43,671 nucleotides of DNA from Candidatus Woesearchaeota archaeon (GCA_003650545.1 QMQO01000006.1:1-43671), one strand, 5' to 3'. Counted from the first letter of the stretch, positions 25,319 through 34,509 are shown. Numbers and translations: made by a program. Notes: generated by a model not told the origin, from the letters alone.

Positions 25319-25449
25319 ATGGATGTTGAGAAAGAAAAATCGTTTATAAATCTTACCAAAAGGGTTAAGTCAATTAACTGCTCTTTTCAATCACAAGGTG
25401 ACCAGAGCGTGATATTAGCAGCACCTAAAAATGACTCATAAACAAAACC

Positions 25450-25457
25450 TTTATAAA
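25450..25457 (+). promoter_or_regulatory. TATA box of the rps13 operon
   Basis: TTTATAAA preceded by an A-rich BRE-like stretch, ~130 nt upstream of the TTG start. Confidence 0.55.
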
Positions 25458-25496
25458 TCGATCTGAAAACCTTGTTGAAAGTAGTGCTAAAAATAC

Positions 25497-25550
25497 AACC
25501 CGAGTCCTTTGGGCGTTTTAGGGAAATAAGTCTTATTTCTCTAACGGGTT
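25497..25550 (+). promoter_or_regulatory. Structured 5' leader of the rps13 operon (putative r-protein leader RNA)
   Basis: AACCCG/CGGGTT outer stem, 12-bp TTAGGGAAATAA/TTATTTCTCTAA inner stem and a small GTCC-TTT-GGGC side hairpin. Confidence 0.55.
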
Positions 25551-25584
25551 ATTGTTGTTAAGTTGTTGTTAAGAGGTAAACAAA

Positions 25585-26055
25585 TTGGCTAACGATAAGT
25601 TAAAACACATCGTAAGGGTCGCAAATACAGATTTAAAGGGCGATAAACAGATAGTCTATGCTCTAACTAAGATAAAGGGTGTTGGCAACAACTTTGCTAA
25701 TTTTGTTTGTTGCGCCGCAAATATAAACAAACAAAAAAAGGCTGGTGCATTAAATGATTCTGAAGTAGAAATGCTAAATAAAGTGATTGCAGACCCTATT
25801 TCTCATGGTGCACCAACATGGCTCTTGAATAGGCAGAAAGATTATGATACTGGTGAAGATAAGCATCTTATTCTTGGAAAACTGACGTTTCAACAAGAAA
25901 CAGATGTTAAAAGGATGATGAAGACCAAAAGTTATCGTGGTCTAAGGCACCATTGGAAACTTCCACTAAGAGGGCAGCGCACCAGATCTAACTTCAGAAA
26001 GAGCAAGGGAAAAGGCCTTGGTGTGCAGAGAAAGAAAAAAGGAGGCAAAAAATAA
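25585..26055 (+). CDS. rps13: 30S ribosomal protein uS13
   Basis: ALTKIKGVG, SYRGLRH..KLPLRGQRTRSN; GAGGT SD before the TTG start. Confidence 0.97.
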   Translation: MANDKLKHIVRVANTDLKGDKQIVYALTKIKGVGNNFANFVCCAANINKQKKAGALNDSEVEMLNKVIADPISHGAPTWLLNRQKDYDTGEDKHLILGKLTFQQETDVKRMMKTKSYRGLRHHWKLPLRGQRTRSNFRKSKGKGLGVQRKKKGGKK

Positions 26056-26062
26056 CTAAAAA

Positions 26063-26614
26063 ATGGGCGATCCAAAGAAACAAAGGAAAAAATATTCGAC
26101 GCCTAGTCATCCATGGCAACGTATAAGAATTGATGAAGAAAGAATCTTATTAAGAGAATATGGATTAAAAAATAAGAGAGAGATTTGGAAAGCTGACTCT
26201 ATACAGAAAAAACTTAAAGATCAGTTTAAAAAGCTAGTTGCAGAGAAAAGAGAGCAAGCGGACATAGAGAGAAAGCAATTGTATGATAAAGTAATTGCTT
26301 TGGGTGTTCTTAAACCAGAAAGTAAGTTTGATGACGTTCTTAATATCGGAACAAAAGATATTCTTAATAGAAGACTTCAAACAATACTGTTCCTGAAAAA
26401 TCTTGCTAGAAGTATTAAACAAGCAAGACAGTTCATAGTTCACGGTCATATATGTGTTGCTGGAAAAAAGATAACCTCGCCGTCTTACTTGGTTAGAGTT
26501 AATGAAGAAGACACTGTTTGTTTTGCTGAGAATTCTTCTTTAAAAGATGAGATGCATCCTGAAAGGGTTGCTATAAAAGAAAAAAAATCAGGAGTTGGTA
26601 GTGAAGAAAAATGA
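26063..26614 (+). CDS. rps4: 30S ribosomal protein uS4
   Basis: [43 protein letters not shown]. Confidence 0.97.
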   Translation: MGDPKKQRKKYSTPSHPWQRIRIDEERILLREYGLKNKREIWKADSIQKKLKDQFKKLVAEKREQADIERKQLYDKVIALGVLKPESKFDDVLNIGTKDILNRRLQTILFLKNLARSIKQARQFIVHGHICVAGKKITSPSYLVRVNEEDTVCFAENSSLKDEMHPERVAIKEKKSGVGSEEK

Positions 26615-27012
26615 AGTCACAGAAACAACCAAGATGGGGAATTGCGCATATTTATTCTTCATATAATAACACGATTATAACAATCACAGATATCACTGGG
26701 ACCGAGACTATTGCTCGCACTTCTGGAGGACAAATGGTTAAATCTGATAGAATGGAAGCTAGCCCGACAGCTGCGATGGCGGCTGCAAAAAAAGCTGCTG
26801 AGATCGCAATGGAAGCAGGAATAAATGCAATCCATGTTAAGATAAGAGCTCCTGGTGGTCACAATGGACCTAATTCGCCTGGACCTGGTGCTCAAGCTTC
26901 TGTTAGAAGCCTTTCTAGGAGTGGCTTAAGAATTGGTATAATCGAAGATGTTACCGCTATTCCGCACGACAGTTGTAGGAAAAAAGGTGGAAGGAGGGGG
27001 AGGCGCGTATAA
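26611..27012 (+). CDS. rps11: 30S ribosomal protein uS11
   Basis: [37 protein letters not shown]. Confidence 0.97.
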   Translation: MKSQKQPRWGIAHIYSSYNNTIITITDITGTETIARTSGGQMVKSDRMEASPTAAMAAAKKAAEIAMEAGINAIHVKIRAPGGHNGPNSPGPGAQASVRSLSRSGLRIGIIEDVTAIPHDSCRKKGGRRGRRV

Positions 27013-27013
27013 A

Positions 27014-27811
27014 ATGAAACTCGAGGTAATTGAAAATAACAAAACAGATAATATACTCACTTTTATTTTGAAAGATAGTAGTGTGGCATTTGCAAACGTT
27101 CTAAGAAAAAATATAATTGCAAAAGTCCCTACAATGGCTATAGAAGAGGTTGATTTTAAGAAGAATAGTTCTGTTTTATATGATGAGATAATTGCACACA
27201 GGCTTGGTCTATTACCATTGACCACTGATTTGAAATCTTATGTGCTACCTGAAAAATGTAAATGTAAAGGAGCTGGGTGTGCTAGATGCCAACTCAAACT
27301 AACACTAAATGTAAAGACTCCCGGAATTATAGAAGCTAGTAAGATCAAGTCTCAAGACCCTAAGATAAAACCAGTATACCCTGAGACGCCAATTGTAAAG
27401 CTTTTAGATGGACAGGCTTTGCAGTTCGAAGCTACTGCTATCTTAGGTAAAGGAGAGCAGCATAGCAAGTGGTCTCCTGGACACGCGTATTATAAACATG
27501 TGCCTATTTTAACAATAAAAAAGAATCCTAAGGATGCTGAAGCAATTGTTAAAAGCTGTCCACAGAAGATATTCGAGCTTGATAAAAACAACAATCTTAA
27601 GATTAACAAGGAGAGGGTTATGTTGTGTCATGCGTGTGAAGCTTGTGCTGATGTAAGTAATGGCGCTGTTGAACTTGGCAGAGAAGAAAATTCGTTTATA
27701 TTTACTGTAGAGTCTTGGGGGCAGATATCTTGCAGAGAGATGGTTATCCAAGCGATAGATGTTTTGATAGAAGAACTAAATGAACTTGAAATGCTCCTCA
27801 AGCAAAAGTAA
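27014..27811 (+). CDS. rpoD: DNA-directed RNA polymerase subunit D (Rpo3)
   Basis: FANVLRK..IAKVPTMAIE, NSSVLYDEIIAHRLGLLPL, HSKWSP; true start at ATG 27014 right after the rps11 stop. Confidence 0.96.
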   Translation: MKLEVIENNKTDNILTFILKDSSVAFANVLRKNIIAKVPTMAIEEVDFKKNSSVLYDEIIAHRLGLLPLTTDLKSYVLPEKCKCKGAGCARCQLKLTLNVKTPGIIEASKIKSQDPKIKPVYPETPIVKLLDGQALQFEATAILGKGEQHSKWSPGHAYYKHVPILTIKKNPKDAEAIVKSCPQKIFELDKNNNLKINKERVMLCHACEACADVSNGAVELGREENSFIFTVESWGQISCREMVIQAIDVLIEELNELEMLLKQK

Positions 27812-27827
27812 CCCTTGCGTGTTTAAC

Positions 27828-27911
27828 GCGGGGGTGTCAGAGTGGTCAAATGAGCAAGGTTGAGGGCCTTGTGGCTTAGTGCCTGCGCGGGTTCGAATCC
27901 CGTCCCCCGCA
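27828..27911 (+). tRNA. trnL: tRNA-Leu(GAG)
   Basis: GCGGGGG/CCCCCGC acceptor stem, CAAGG TT GAG GG CCTTG anticodon arm, long variable arm, GGTTCGAATCC T-arm, discriminator A; CCA not encoded. Confidence 0.96.
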
Positions 27912-27933
27912 TTTAAGAAATTGATTTGAAAAA

Positions 27934-28293
27934 ATGAAAAGAAAACACACAAATGTTTATTTGAAGAAACTTGTAGAAGAGTTACGTGAAAAAGCTAGAA
28001 GTGAGAATGTAAAACTGTGGGCAAGAGTAGCGAATGATCTTGAAAAATCAACTAGGAAAAGGAGAGTTGTTAACTTAACCAGAATCGAAAAGAATGTTAA
28101 GAGTGGAGAGATCATTCTCGTTCCAGGTAAAGTGTTAGCTGGGGGAGAGCTTGATAAGAAAGTTGATATAGCTGCGTTTAATTTTTCTGAAAGTGCTCAG
28201 AAAAAAATCAAAAAAGTAAACGGCAAATGTTTGACTATTGCCGAGCTAATGAAAAACAACCCAAAAGGAAGTAAAGTGAGGATTATAGGATGA
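27934..28293 (+). CDS. rpl18e: 50S ribosomal protein eL18
   Basis: LWARVANDL..STRKRRVVNL, VPGKVL, AAFNFS; conserved operon position. Confidence 0.95.
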   Translation: MKRKHTNVYLKKLVEELREKARSENVKLWARVANDLEKSTRKRRVVNLTRIEKNVKSGEIILVPGKVLAGGELDKKVDIAAFNFSESAQKKIKKVNGKCLTIAELMKNNPKGSKVRIIG

Positions 28294-28706
28294 TAATAGA
28301 TGGAGAAAACTTAATACTTGGAAGATTGGCAAGTGTTGCGGCTAAGAAAGCTTTACTTGGAGAAGAAATAATTATAATAAATTGTGATAAAATAATGATA
28401 ACAGGCAACAAGAAACAAATATTGGCAAGATATATACAGAAAGTACAAATGGGTGGACCATTTAAAGGGCCATTTCTTTCGAGATCTTCTGATAAATTAA
28501 CATTAAGGGCTATTAGGAATATGCTGCCTTATAAACAAAAAAAAGGTATGCTTGCTTTTAAAAGGATTAAATGTTATGCTGGCATCCCGGAAAAGATTAA
28601 AACAGAAGAAATAGAGACAATTGAAAGTGCAAGCATAAATAAAGTTCCAAATCTGAAATATATTAAGTTGGGAAGGATTTCCAAATTGATCGGGGGTATG
28701 AAATGA
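28290..28706 (+). CDS. rpl13: 50S ribosomal protein uL13
   Basis: IIDGENLILGRLASVAAK, RAIRNMLP. Confidence 0.96.
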   Translation: MIIDGENLILGRLASVAAKKALLGEEIIIINCDKIMITGNKKQILARYIQKVQMGGPFKGPFLSRSSDKLTLRAIRNMLPYKQKKGMLAFKRIKCYAGIPEKIKTEEIETIESASINKVPNLKYIKLGRISKLIGGMK

Positions 28707-29098
28707 GAGTAATCAACGAGTCAGGCAAGCGAAAAAGAGCTATTGCGAGGGCTACACTAAAGAAGGGCGTTGGAAAAATAAAGGTAAATGGTGTTTTGAT
28801 AGATCTTATCATGCCAAAGCTTGCCAGAATGAAGATGATGGAACCTTTGGTGCTTGCAGAAAGTTTTGCTAAAGAAGTTGATATTAATGTAAAGGTTAGG
28901 GGGGGTGGTGTTATGTCACAGGCAGATGCTGTCAGACTGGCGATTGCCCGTGCATTAAACGAATACAGCAACAATAGACTGGAAAAAGTGTTTTTGGATT
29001 ACGATAGGCATCTGTTAGTGGCTGATGTTCGTAGGAAAGAAGTTTGTAAACCAAACGATTCTAAGGCGAGAGCTAAGAGACAAAAGAGTTATAGGTGA
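28703..29098 (+). CDS. rps9: 30S ribosomal protein uS9
   Basis: [33 protein letters not shown]. Confidence 0.97.
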   Translation: MRVINESGKRKRAIARATLKKGVGKIKVNGVLIDLIMPKLARMKMMEPLVLAESFAKEVDINVKVRGGGVMSQADAVRLAIARALNEYSNNRLEKVFLDYDRHLLVADVRRKEVCKPNDSKARAKRQKSYR

Positions 29099-29106
29099 AG
29101 TTAAAA

Positions 29107-29304
29107 ATGATAATACCAATACGTTGTTGGAGCTGTGGAAAACCTGTTGCTCATCTGTGGAAAGAGTTCAAGGAACGAACAGAGAAAGGGGAAGATAAAG
29201 GTAAGGTTATGGATGATCTGGGGCTAAAGCGGTATTGCTGTAGAAGTATGTTTTTAGGACATGTTGACTTGATTGATATAACTGCTAGGTTCAAGAAAGT
29301 TTGA
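29107..29304 (+). CDS. rpoN: DNA-directed RNA polymerase subunit N (Rpo10)
   Basis: [12 protein letters not shown]...[11 protein letters not shown]. Confidence 0.96.
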   Translation: MIIPIRCWSCGKPVAHLWKEFKERTEKGEDKGKVMDDLGLKRYCCRSMFLGHVDLIDITARFKKV

Positions 29305-29505
29305 TTTTTGTATTTTGTTTCTTTATGAGATCTTACCTGATTTTAACATTTTTTAGTTAGTATTCAGAAACAAACTCAGAGATCGTAAATTTAACTAAAC
29401 AGTTAGCTAAACATTTAGAATCTGTTTAACGCCTGATGTTTTTTGAATTAGAGCCTTGTGATAAATTGAATTCTTTTAAATAATAAACTGATTCTAACTT
29501 TTATA

Positions 29506-30033
29506 TTACTTCAATCCATGCCTATTAGGCATACTTCCGCGATTGTACTGCGTCTTTAAGACCCTTCCTGATCTGTACGAATGTTTAGCATTCAAATTGG
29601 ATCTGTGGTCTCCGTGATCATAACCAACCGGATTGTAACGACGCCATCTACTCAGCTTATAATGTCCACTAGAATAGCTGTAACTATATCTGACTGGGTA
29701 AGCACCATAGTAGTGCGGGGCATTCCTTCTCGACAATGAGTATATCACACCATTCTTTCTATAAAATTTACCACTCTCCCAAACACGATAATAATGTTTT
29801 TTTGTATATTTTTGGGTGTATAATCTACTCCTAAATTTATATGGGAACTTTTTGGATTCTTTAATATTACTAATATGCTCGTAACCATAACTGATTGTTG
29901 AACTATAGCTTAGTGCTTTTGGTGTAGTATCTTCATAACAAGAATACAAATGACATTCGTCAGCCCTAGCTGCAGCTACTGTAAATAAGAAGAAAGTTAT
30001 TGTTAATAGTAATAATAACATTGCCTTTTTCAT
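29506..30033 (-). CDS. Secreted Tyr/Arg/Lys/His-rich low-complexity protein
   Basis: Classic signal peptide (MKKAMLLLLL..AAARA) followed by a basic, aromatic-rich mature region; TATA-like box upstream. Confidence 0.65.
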   Translation of the reverse strand: MKKAMLLLLLTITFFLFTVAAARADECHLYSCYEDTTPKALSYSSTISYGYEHISNIKESKKFPYKFRSRLYTQKYTKKHYYRVWESGKFYRKNGVIYSLSRRNAPHYYGAYPVRYSYSYSSGHYKLSRWRRYNPVGYDHGDHRSNLNAKHSYRSGRVLKTQYNRGSMPNRHGLK

Positions 30034-30149
30034 GTAAACACCTAAGAAATTTGAAGATTTTGCTTTATTTAAATGTTTTGGTTGTCGTCTCTATCTGGTG
30101 GTAATCAGCTCCGTGAAAGTTTTATATATAGCCCAAATATTCGAAATTT

Positions 30150-32783
30150 ATGGATTTCAATGAAATTGAAAAGAAATGGCAAAAAAGGTGGGAATTAGCA
30201 AATGTGTTTGAAGCAAAGGAAGAGTCTAAAAAGAAGAAGTACTATGTTTTAGAGATGTTTCCTTACCCATCTGGATCTGGCTTACATATGGGTCATGCTC
30301 GAAATTATATCATAGGGGATGTATATGCTAGATTCAAAAGAATGACTGGTTGGAACGTACTATACCCTATGGGATATGATGCTCTTGGCCTTCCAGCAGA
30401 AAATGCTGCAATTCAGGCTGGAAAACATCCAAAGATATTCACCTTAAATGCGATTAAGAATTTCATTAAGCAACAGAAAGAGCTTGGACTGAGTTATGAT
30501 TGGAATCGATTGTTGAAGAGCTGTGATGTGGAATATTATAAATGGAACCAATATTTCTTCTTAAAACTATATAAAAAAGGCCTTGTGTATCGAAAGAAAG
30601 CTCCTGTTAACTGGTGTCCAGAGTGTAACACTGTATTAGCTAACGAACAGGTACATGGCGGAAAATGTTGGAGGCATACCGATGTAGATGTAGAAATTAA
30701 ACATCTCGAACAATGGTTTATCAAAACAACTGCATATGCTGATGAACTTCTTGAAGATGTTGAAAAATTAGATTGGCCAGAAAGAATTAAGACTATGCAA
30801 AGAAACTGGATTGGTAAAAGCCACGGAACAGATATTTATTTTAAGATTAATAATCAAAACTGGAGAATATTTACAACCAGAGCAGATACAATTTACGGTG
30901 TTACTTTCATGGTTATATCAGCACAACATCCTAAATTGATGGAACTTGTATCAGAAAGACAAAAGAAAGAAGTTGAAGCATTCTTGAAGAGAATAAAATC
31001 AACAAGCGAAAAGGATATAGAAGAGCTTGAAAAGGATGGCGTATTTACAGGAAGCTATGCAATAAACCCTTTGACAAATGAGAAAGTTCCTGTTTATGCA
31101 GGTAATTTTGTTTTGGCAGAATATGGTAGCGGAATGGTTATGGCTGTTCCTGCGCATGACCAAAGAGATTTTGAGTTCGCCAAAAAATATAAAATACCCA
31201 TAAAGGTTGTTATTGAGCCAGGCGAGTATTCTTTAAATCCAGAAAAGATGTCTAGAGCTTACACTGGAGATGGAACATTGATCAACTCAGGGGAGTTCAA
31301 TGGGTTGAATAACAGAGATGCTATTGAAGAAATATCAAAATATCTAGAAAAGAAAAAATTGGGCAAAAGAACTGTCCAGTATAAGCTAAGGGACTGGCTG
31401 ATATCAAGACAAAGATATTGGGGAACCCCTATACCTTTTATATACTGTGAAAAATGTGGACTTGTTCCTGTTCCTGAAAAAGATTTGCCAGTTGTTCTAC
31501 CTGATGATGTAAAATTTGGTGAGGGCAATCCGTTAGCGACAAACAAAGATTTTGTAAACACAAAATGCCCTGCTTGTGGCGGATCCGCCAAAAGAGAGAC
31601 TGATACGATGGATACATTTTTTGATAGTAGCTGGTATTTCTTAAGATTCACAGATAACAAAAACGATAAAGAGCCGTTCAGTAAAAAGAATGTGACTTAC
31701 TGGATGCCAGTAGATACATATATTGGTGGAGCTGAGCACGCATGTATGCATTTGATTTATGCGAGGTTCTTCACAAAAGCATTAAGAGATCTGGGGTATT
31801 TTAAGTTTGATGAGCCATTTACCAAACTCTATAACCAAGGTATGCTCCATGGTGAAGACGGCCACGTGATGTCTAAGTCACGCGGAAATGTTGTGTTGCC
31901 TGAAGAGATATCCAAAAGATTCGGTATAGATGCTGCCCGTTTCTTTTTGATGTTCGTTGCTGCACCTGACAAGGATGTGTTGTGGAGTGATAAGGGGATA
32001 CAGGGTAGCTTCAGGTTTGTGCATAAACTAATTTCTTTATTTGATAAGAAAAAATCTACAGAGTCTGACTCATTACTAGATACTAAAATGCATAAAACAA
32101 TAAGAGAAGTAACAATGAAAATTGAAAACTTCCAATACAATCTTGCATTAATAGATTTGATGGAGTTTGTTAAGTTTTTGTCTGACAGAGAAAAAGTAAC
32201 AAAAAAGTGTCTAGAGAATTTACTTTTGATGTTATCGCCATTCTGTCCACATCTGTGTGAAGAACTGTGGGAAAAATTAGGAAATGTGGAAATGGCTGTA
32301 ACGCAAAATTGGCCAGAGTATGATGAAAAAAAGATCGATGAAAGAGCAGAAGCCATAGAAGAATTAGTTTCTGGTCTAAGAAGTAATATCTTAGATATTC
32401 AAAGGTTAACTAAAAAAAAGAGATTGAGAAAAATTACGCTGATAATTGCTAAAGATTGGAAATCCAAATTAATGAAGTCAATTAAAAAAGAATTAGAAAA
32501 AATATACGATGTTGGAGAAATCATGAAAAATATATTAAAGAACAAAGACTTAAAAGACCATAGCAAGGATATACAAAAACTATTACCTAAATTGGTTAAG
32601 AAACCTGGCTTAATACCAAGAATTGTTTTGGCGCAGACCGAAGAAGAAGCTGAGATTAATAAAAGGAAAGATAAATTAGAAAAGGAATTCTGTTGTGAGA
32701 TTGAAGTTGTCAGAGAACAAGATAGCAAAGAAACAAAAGCTAAACACGCCATGCCTGGGAAACCAGCCATAATTGTCGAATAA
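30150..32783 (+). CDS. leuS: Leucine--tRNA ligase (bacterial-type core, archaeal-like C-terminus)
   Basis: MFPYPSG.GLHMGH, FTTRADT editing domain, DWLISRQRYWG, YIGGAEHA, MSKS; ends in AMPGKPAIIVE. Confidence 0.97.
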   Translation: MDFNEIEKKWQKRWELANVFEAKEESKKKKYYVLEMFPYPSGSGLHMGHARNYIIGDVYARFKRMTGWNVLYPMGYDALGLPAENAAIQAGKHPKIFTLNAIKNFIKQQKELGLSYDWNRLLKSCDVEYYKWNQYFFLKLYKKGLVYRKKAPVNWCPECNTVLANEQVHGGKCWRHTDVDVEIKHLEQWFIKTTAYADELLEDVEKLDWPERIKTMQRNWIGKSHGTDIYFKINNQNWRIFTTRADTIYGVTFMVISAQHPKLMELVSERQKKEVEAFLKRIKSTSEKDIEELEKDGVFTGSYAINPLTNEKVPVYAGNFVLAEYGSGMVMAVPAHDQRDFEFAKKYKIPIKVVIEPGEYSLNPEKMSRAYTGDGTLINSGEFNGLNNRDAIEEISKYLEKKKLGKRTVQYKLRDWLISRQRYWGTPIPFIYCEKCGLVPVPEKDLPVVLPDDVKFGEGNPLATNKDFVNTKCPACGGSAKRETDTMDTFFDSSWYFLRFTDNKNDKEPFSKKNVTYWMPVDTYIGGAEHACMHLIYARFFTKALRDLGYFKFDEPFTKLYNQGMLHGEDGHVMSKSRGNVVLPEEISKRFGIDAARFFLMFVAAPDKDVLWSDKGIQGSFRFVHKLISLFDKKKSTESDSLLDTKMHKTIREVTMKIENFQYNLALIDLMEFVKFLSDREKVTKKCLENLLLMLSPFCPHLCEELWEKLGNVEMAVTQNWPEYDEKKIDERAEAIEELVSGLRSNILDIQRLTKKKRLRKITLIIAKDWKSKLMKSIKKELEKIYDVGEIMKNILKNKDLKDHSKDIQKLLPKLVKKPGLIPRIVLAQTEEEAEINKRKDKLEKEFCCEIEVVREQDSKETKAKHAMPGKPAIIVE

Positions 32784-32829
32784 ATTTAATAAAGAATTTG
32801 TTTGAAAATGCATTGAAATTTAAAATAAA

Positions 32830-33324
32830 TCAGGGAATTCTCTTTAATTGTTTGATTAAATAATTTTCTGTTTCTGTGATTATCTCCTTTCTTTTCTCAT
32901 CCATATCAACTGCTTCTGTTTTTTCTTCTATCTCTCTTTCAATTGGTAACGCATCTTTGATTCGCTCTAATAAAGAATCCATTTCCGTTTGATTAACTGT
33001 TAATGGGTCCCAAGTAAAATCTAACGTATCGTCTCTCTTTCTAGGAATAATGTTGATTGTGAAATGATCATTTATGTTTGTAGATATTATGTTTGTACCA
33101 TCCAGTTTTAAAAGTTCAAAAATAATTGAAGCTGCAAAGTTGGCAGCATAGTATAACTGAACTATTTGTCCTTCACTTAATTGATCTAACGTCAGATGAT
33201 TCTTTGTTGTAACTAAGACATGACCTTGTGCGACTGCTTCTTTTAGCAATAGAGCTATAACCAAATCGTCTTCATAAACTATGTGTTCTCTTTCCTTTAT
33301 TTTTTTGCAAAGGGCGCATTCCAT
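32830..33324 (-). CDS. HIT-family protein, degenerate triad
   Basis: CALC..VYEDD..GHVLV..H; the triad position reads HFTINIIPR. Confidence 0.8.
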   Translation of the reverse strand: MECALCKKIKEREHIVYEDDLVIALLLKEAVAQGHVLVTTKNHLTLDQLSEGQIVQLYYAANFAASIIFELLKLDGTNIISTNINDHFTINIIPRKRDDTLDFTWDPLTVNQTEMDSLLERIKDALPIEREIEEKTEAVDMDEKRKEIITETENYLIKQLKRIP

Positions 33325-34224
33325 TTACTTAAACAATCTAGAGATCTCATCTAAGTTGATCTCATCCTCCTCACCGTTTTCTTCTGTTTTCTCGGGTTCT
33401 TCGTCTCTTTCTTCACGGGCTTCTTTTTCCTCTCCCTCTAATTCTTTAAAAATCTCTTCTTCTGGTAGCGATCTTTTGTCTTTATCTTTCTCTTCTGTTT
33501 TTTCTTTTTCCTTTTCTTTCTCAACTTTTGATTCTTTTATCTGTTCTGATTTCTCTTTCTTTACTATCTCTGATATCTCATCTATGTTGATGTTACCAAA
33601 TATTTGTTTGAGCTGGGGATTAGCATCTATTATTTTCTTAAATTTCTCTGAATCCTCAAGAATGATTTTCTTTAAATCTGGGTTCTGGTTAAGGATCTGA
33701 AGAACTTCTTCTCTTGTTATCTTTCTCTGTTGAGGTTTTCCAATTTTCGACAGGTAATTATTCATCGCCATCTTTAGGTTTGCCGAAATCGGTTTTTCTA
33801 TCTCTTCTAGTTGTGTTTCAAGAAGTTCTGATAATGAAAGTTCAAATACAGAAATACCATCACCAATGTCACGGGGAATTATGTGAACTGTTACGTGTGG
33901 AAATTGTTGTCCTGATGTGAAATTAAAGCCGTTTGAAATGAACAATGTTGAACCTTGAGCAGGGACTCCCTTGACCTGAGCAGTCATTAGCTTTTTTGCA
34001 ACTGAAAAGAGCCGTGTGAACACTTTCAAGGGGAGAATCGGAAGAATCTGATAATGCTCCTTCGGCATTAATAGTATGTGACCTTTTGCAACCGGTCTTA
34101 TATCCAAAACTGCAACAACTAAATCGTCTTCATAGACTTTTCTTGAAGAAATTTCTCCTGAGACAATCTTGCACATAATACATTGCTTCTTTTGCTGTTC
34201 AAGTAGTTCTTGTTCTGTTGCCAT
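33325..34224 (-). CDS. HIT-family protein with helical and acidic C-terminal extension, degenerate triad
   Basis: CIMCKIV.GEI..KVYEDD..LDIRP..GHILLMPKEH; the triad reads HVTVHIIPR. Start taken at MATEQ because the longer ORF runs into the SRP RNA. Confidence 0.85.
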   Translation of the reverse strand: MATEQELLEQQKKQCIMCKIVSGEISSRKVYEDDLVVAVLDIRPVAKGHILLMPKEHYQILPILPLKVFTRLFSVAKKLMTAQVKGVPAQGSTLFISNGFNFTSGQQFPHVTVHIIPRDIGDGISVFELSLSELLETQLEEIEKPISANLKMAMNNYLSKIGKPQQRKITREEVLQILNQNPDLKKIILEDSEKFKKIIDANPQLKQIFGNINIDEISEIVKKEKSEQIKESKVEKEKEKEKTEEKDKDKRSLPEEEIFKELEGEEKEAREERDEEPEKTEENGEEDEINLDEISRLFK

Positions 34225-34235
34225 CGTAATAAAAG

Positions 34236-34509
34236 TGGTGGGCACAACCAAAGATGGATATAAACACAGGCCATCAGCGACCTTGACTTTTCCTCATTTC
34301 CGCTACCCTGTAAGCACCCACCACAACAGGTAGTGCTGCTACATTCCTGTCCTGACACGATTACTGCTGAGGTAGATCCTACAGGACAGAAAGTCATTGT
34401 ACGAGCCAAGACTGATAGTCTGGGCTTATACCTCTCTCAGGTCTTCGACCCCGTCATATAGCCCATTTACGGTTACAACGCAGGACTAGTGCGCCGGTCT
34501 AGCCCACCA
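34236..34509 (-). ncRNA. ffs: Archaeal signal recognition particle (7S) RNA
   Basis: Minus-strand ends TGGTGGGC/GCCCACCA pair as helix 1; helix-8 motif GTGTCAGGACAGGAATGTAGCAGCAC; GC-rich; TATA-like TTTTTAAATA ~25 nt upstream. Confidence 0.9.

Noticed and set aside
26948..27013. N-terminal extension of RpoD in the ORF track
   Set aside because: Overlaps rps11 in another frame; homology starts at ATG 27014. Similar over-extended starts were trimmed for rnz, tfe, rpoN, the presenilin homolog and HIT.
25229..27911. tRNA genes as integration sites of a mobile element
   Set aside because: No duplicated tRNA 3' end and no integrase seen; the flanks are housekeeping genes.
29389..29416. Possible dif (Xer) site, since ATTTAACTAAA resembles a XerD arm
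   Set aside because: No matching inverted arm at the 6-bp spacing.
33281..33700. 139-aa Ser/Phe-rich plus-strand ORF
   Set aside because: Antisense mirror of the Glu/Lys-rich HIT tail.
34119..34409. 96-aa Cys-containing minus-strand ORF
   Set aside because: Overlaps the SRP RNA and the HIT gene; explained by the GC-rich structural RNA.
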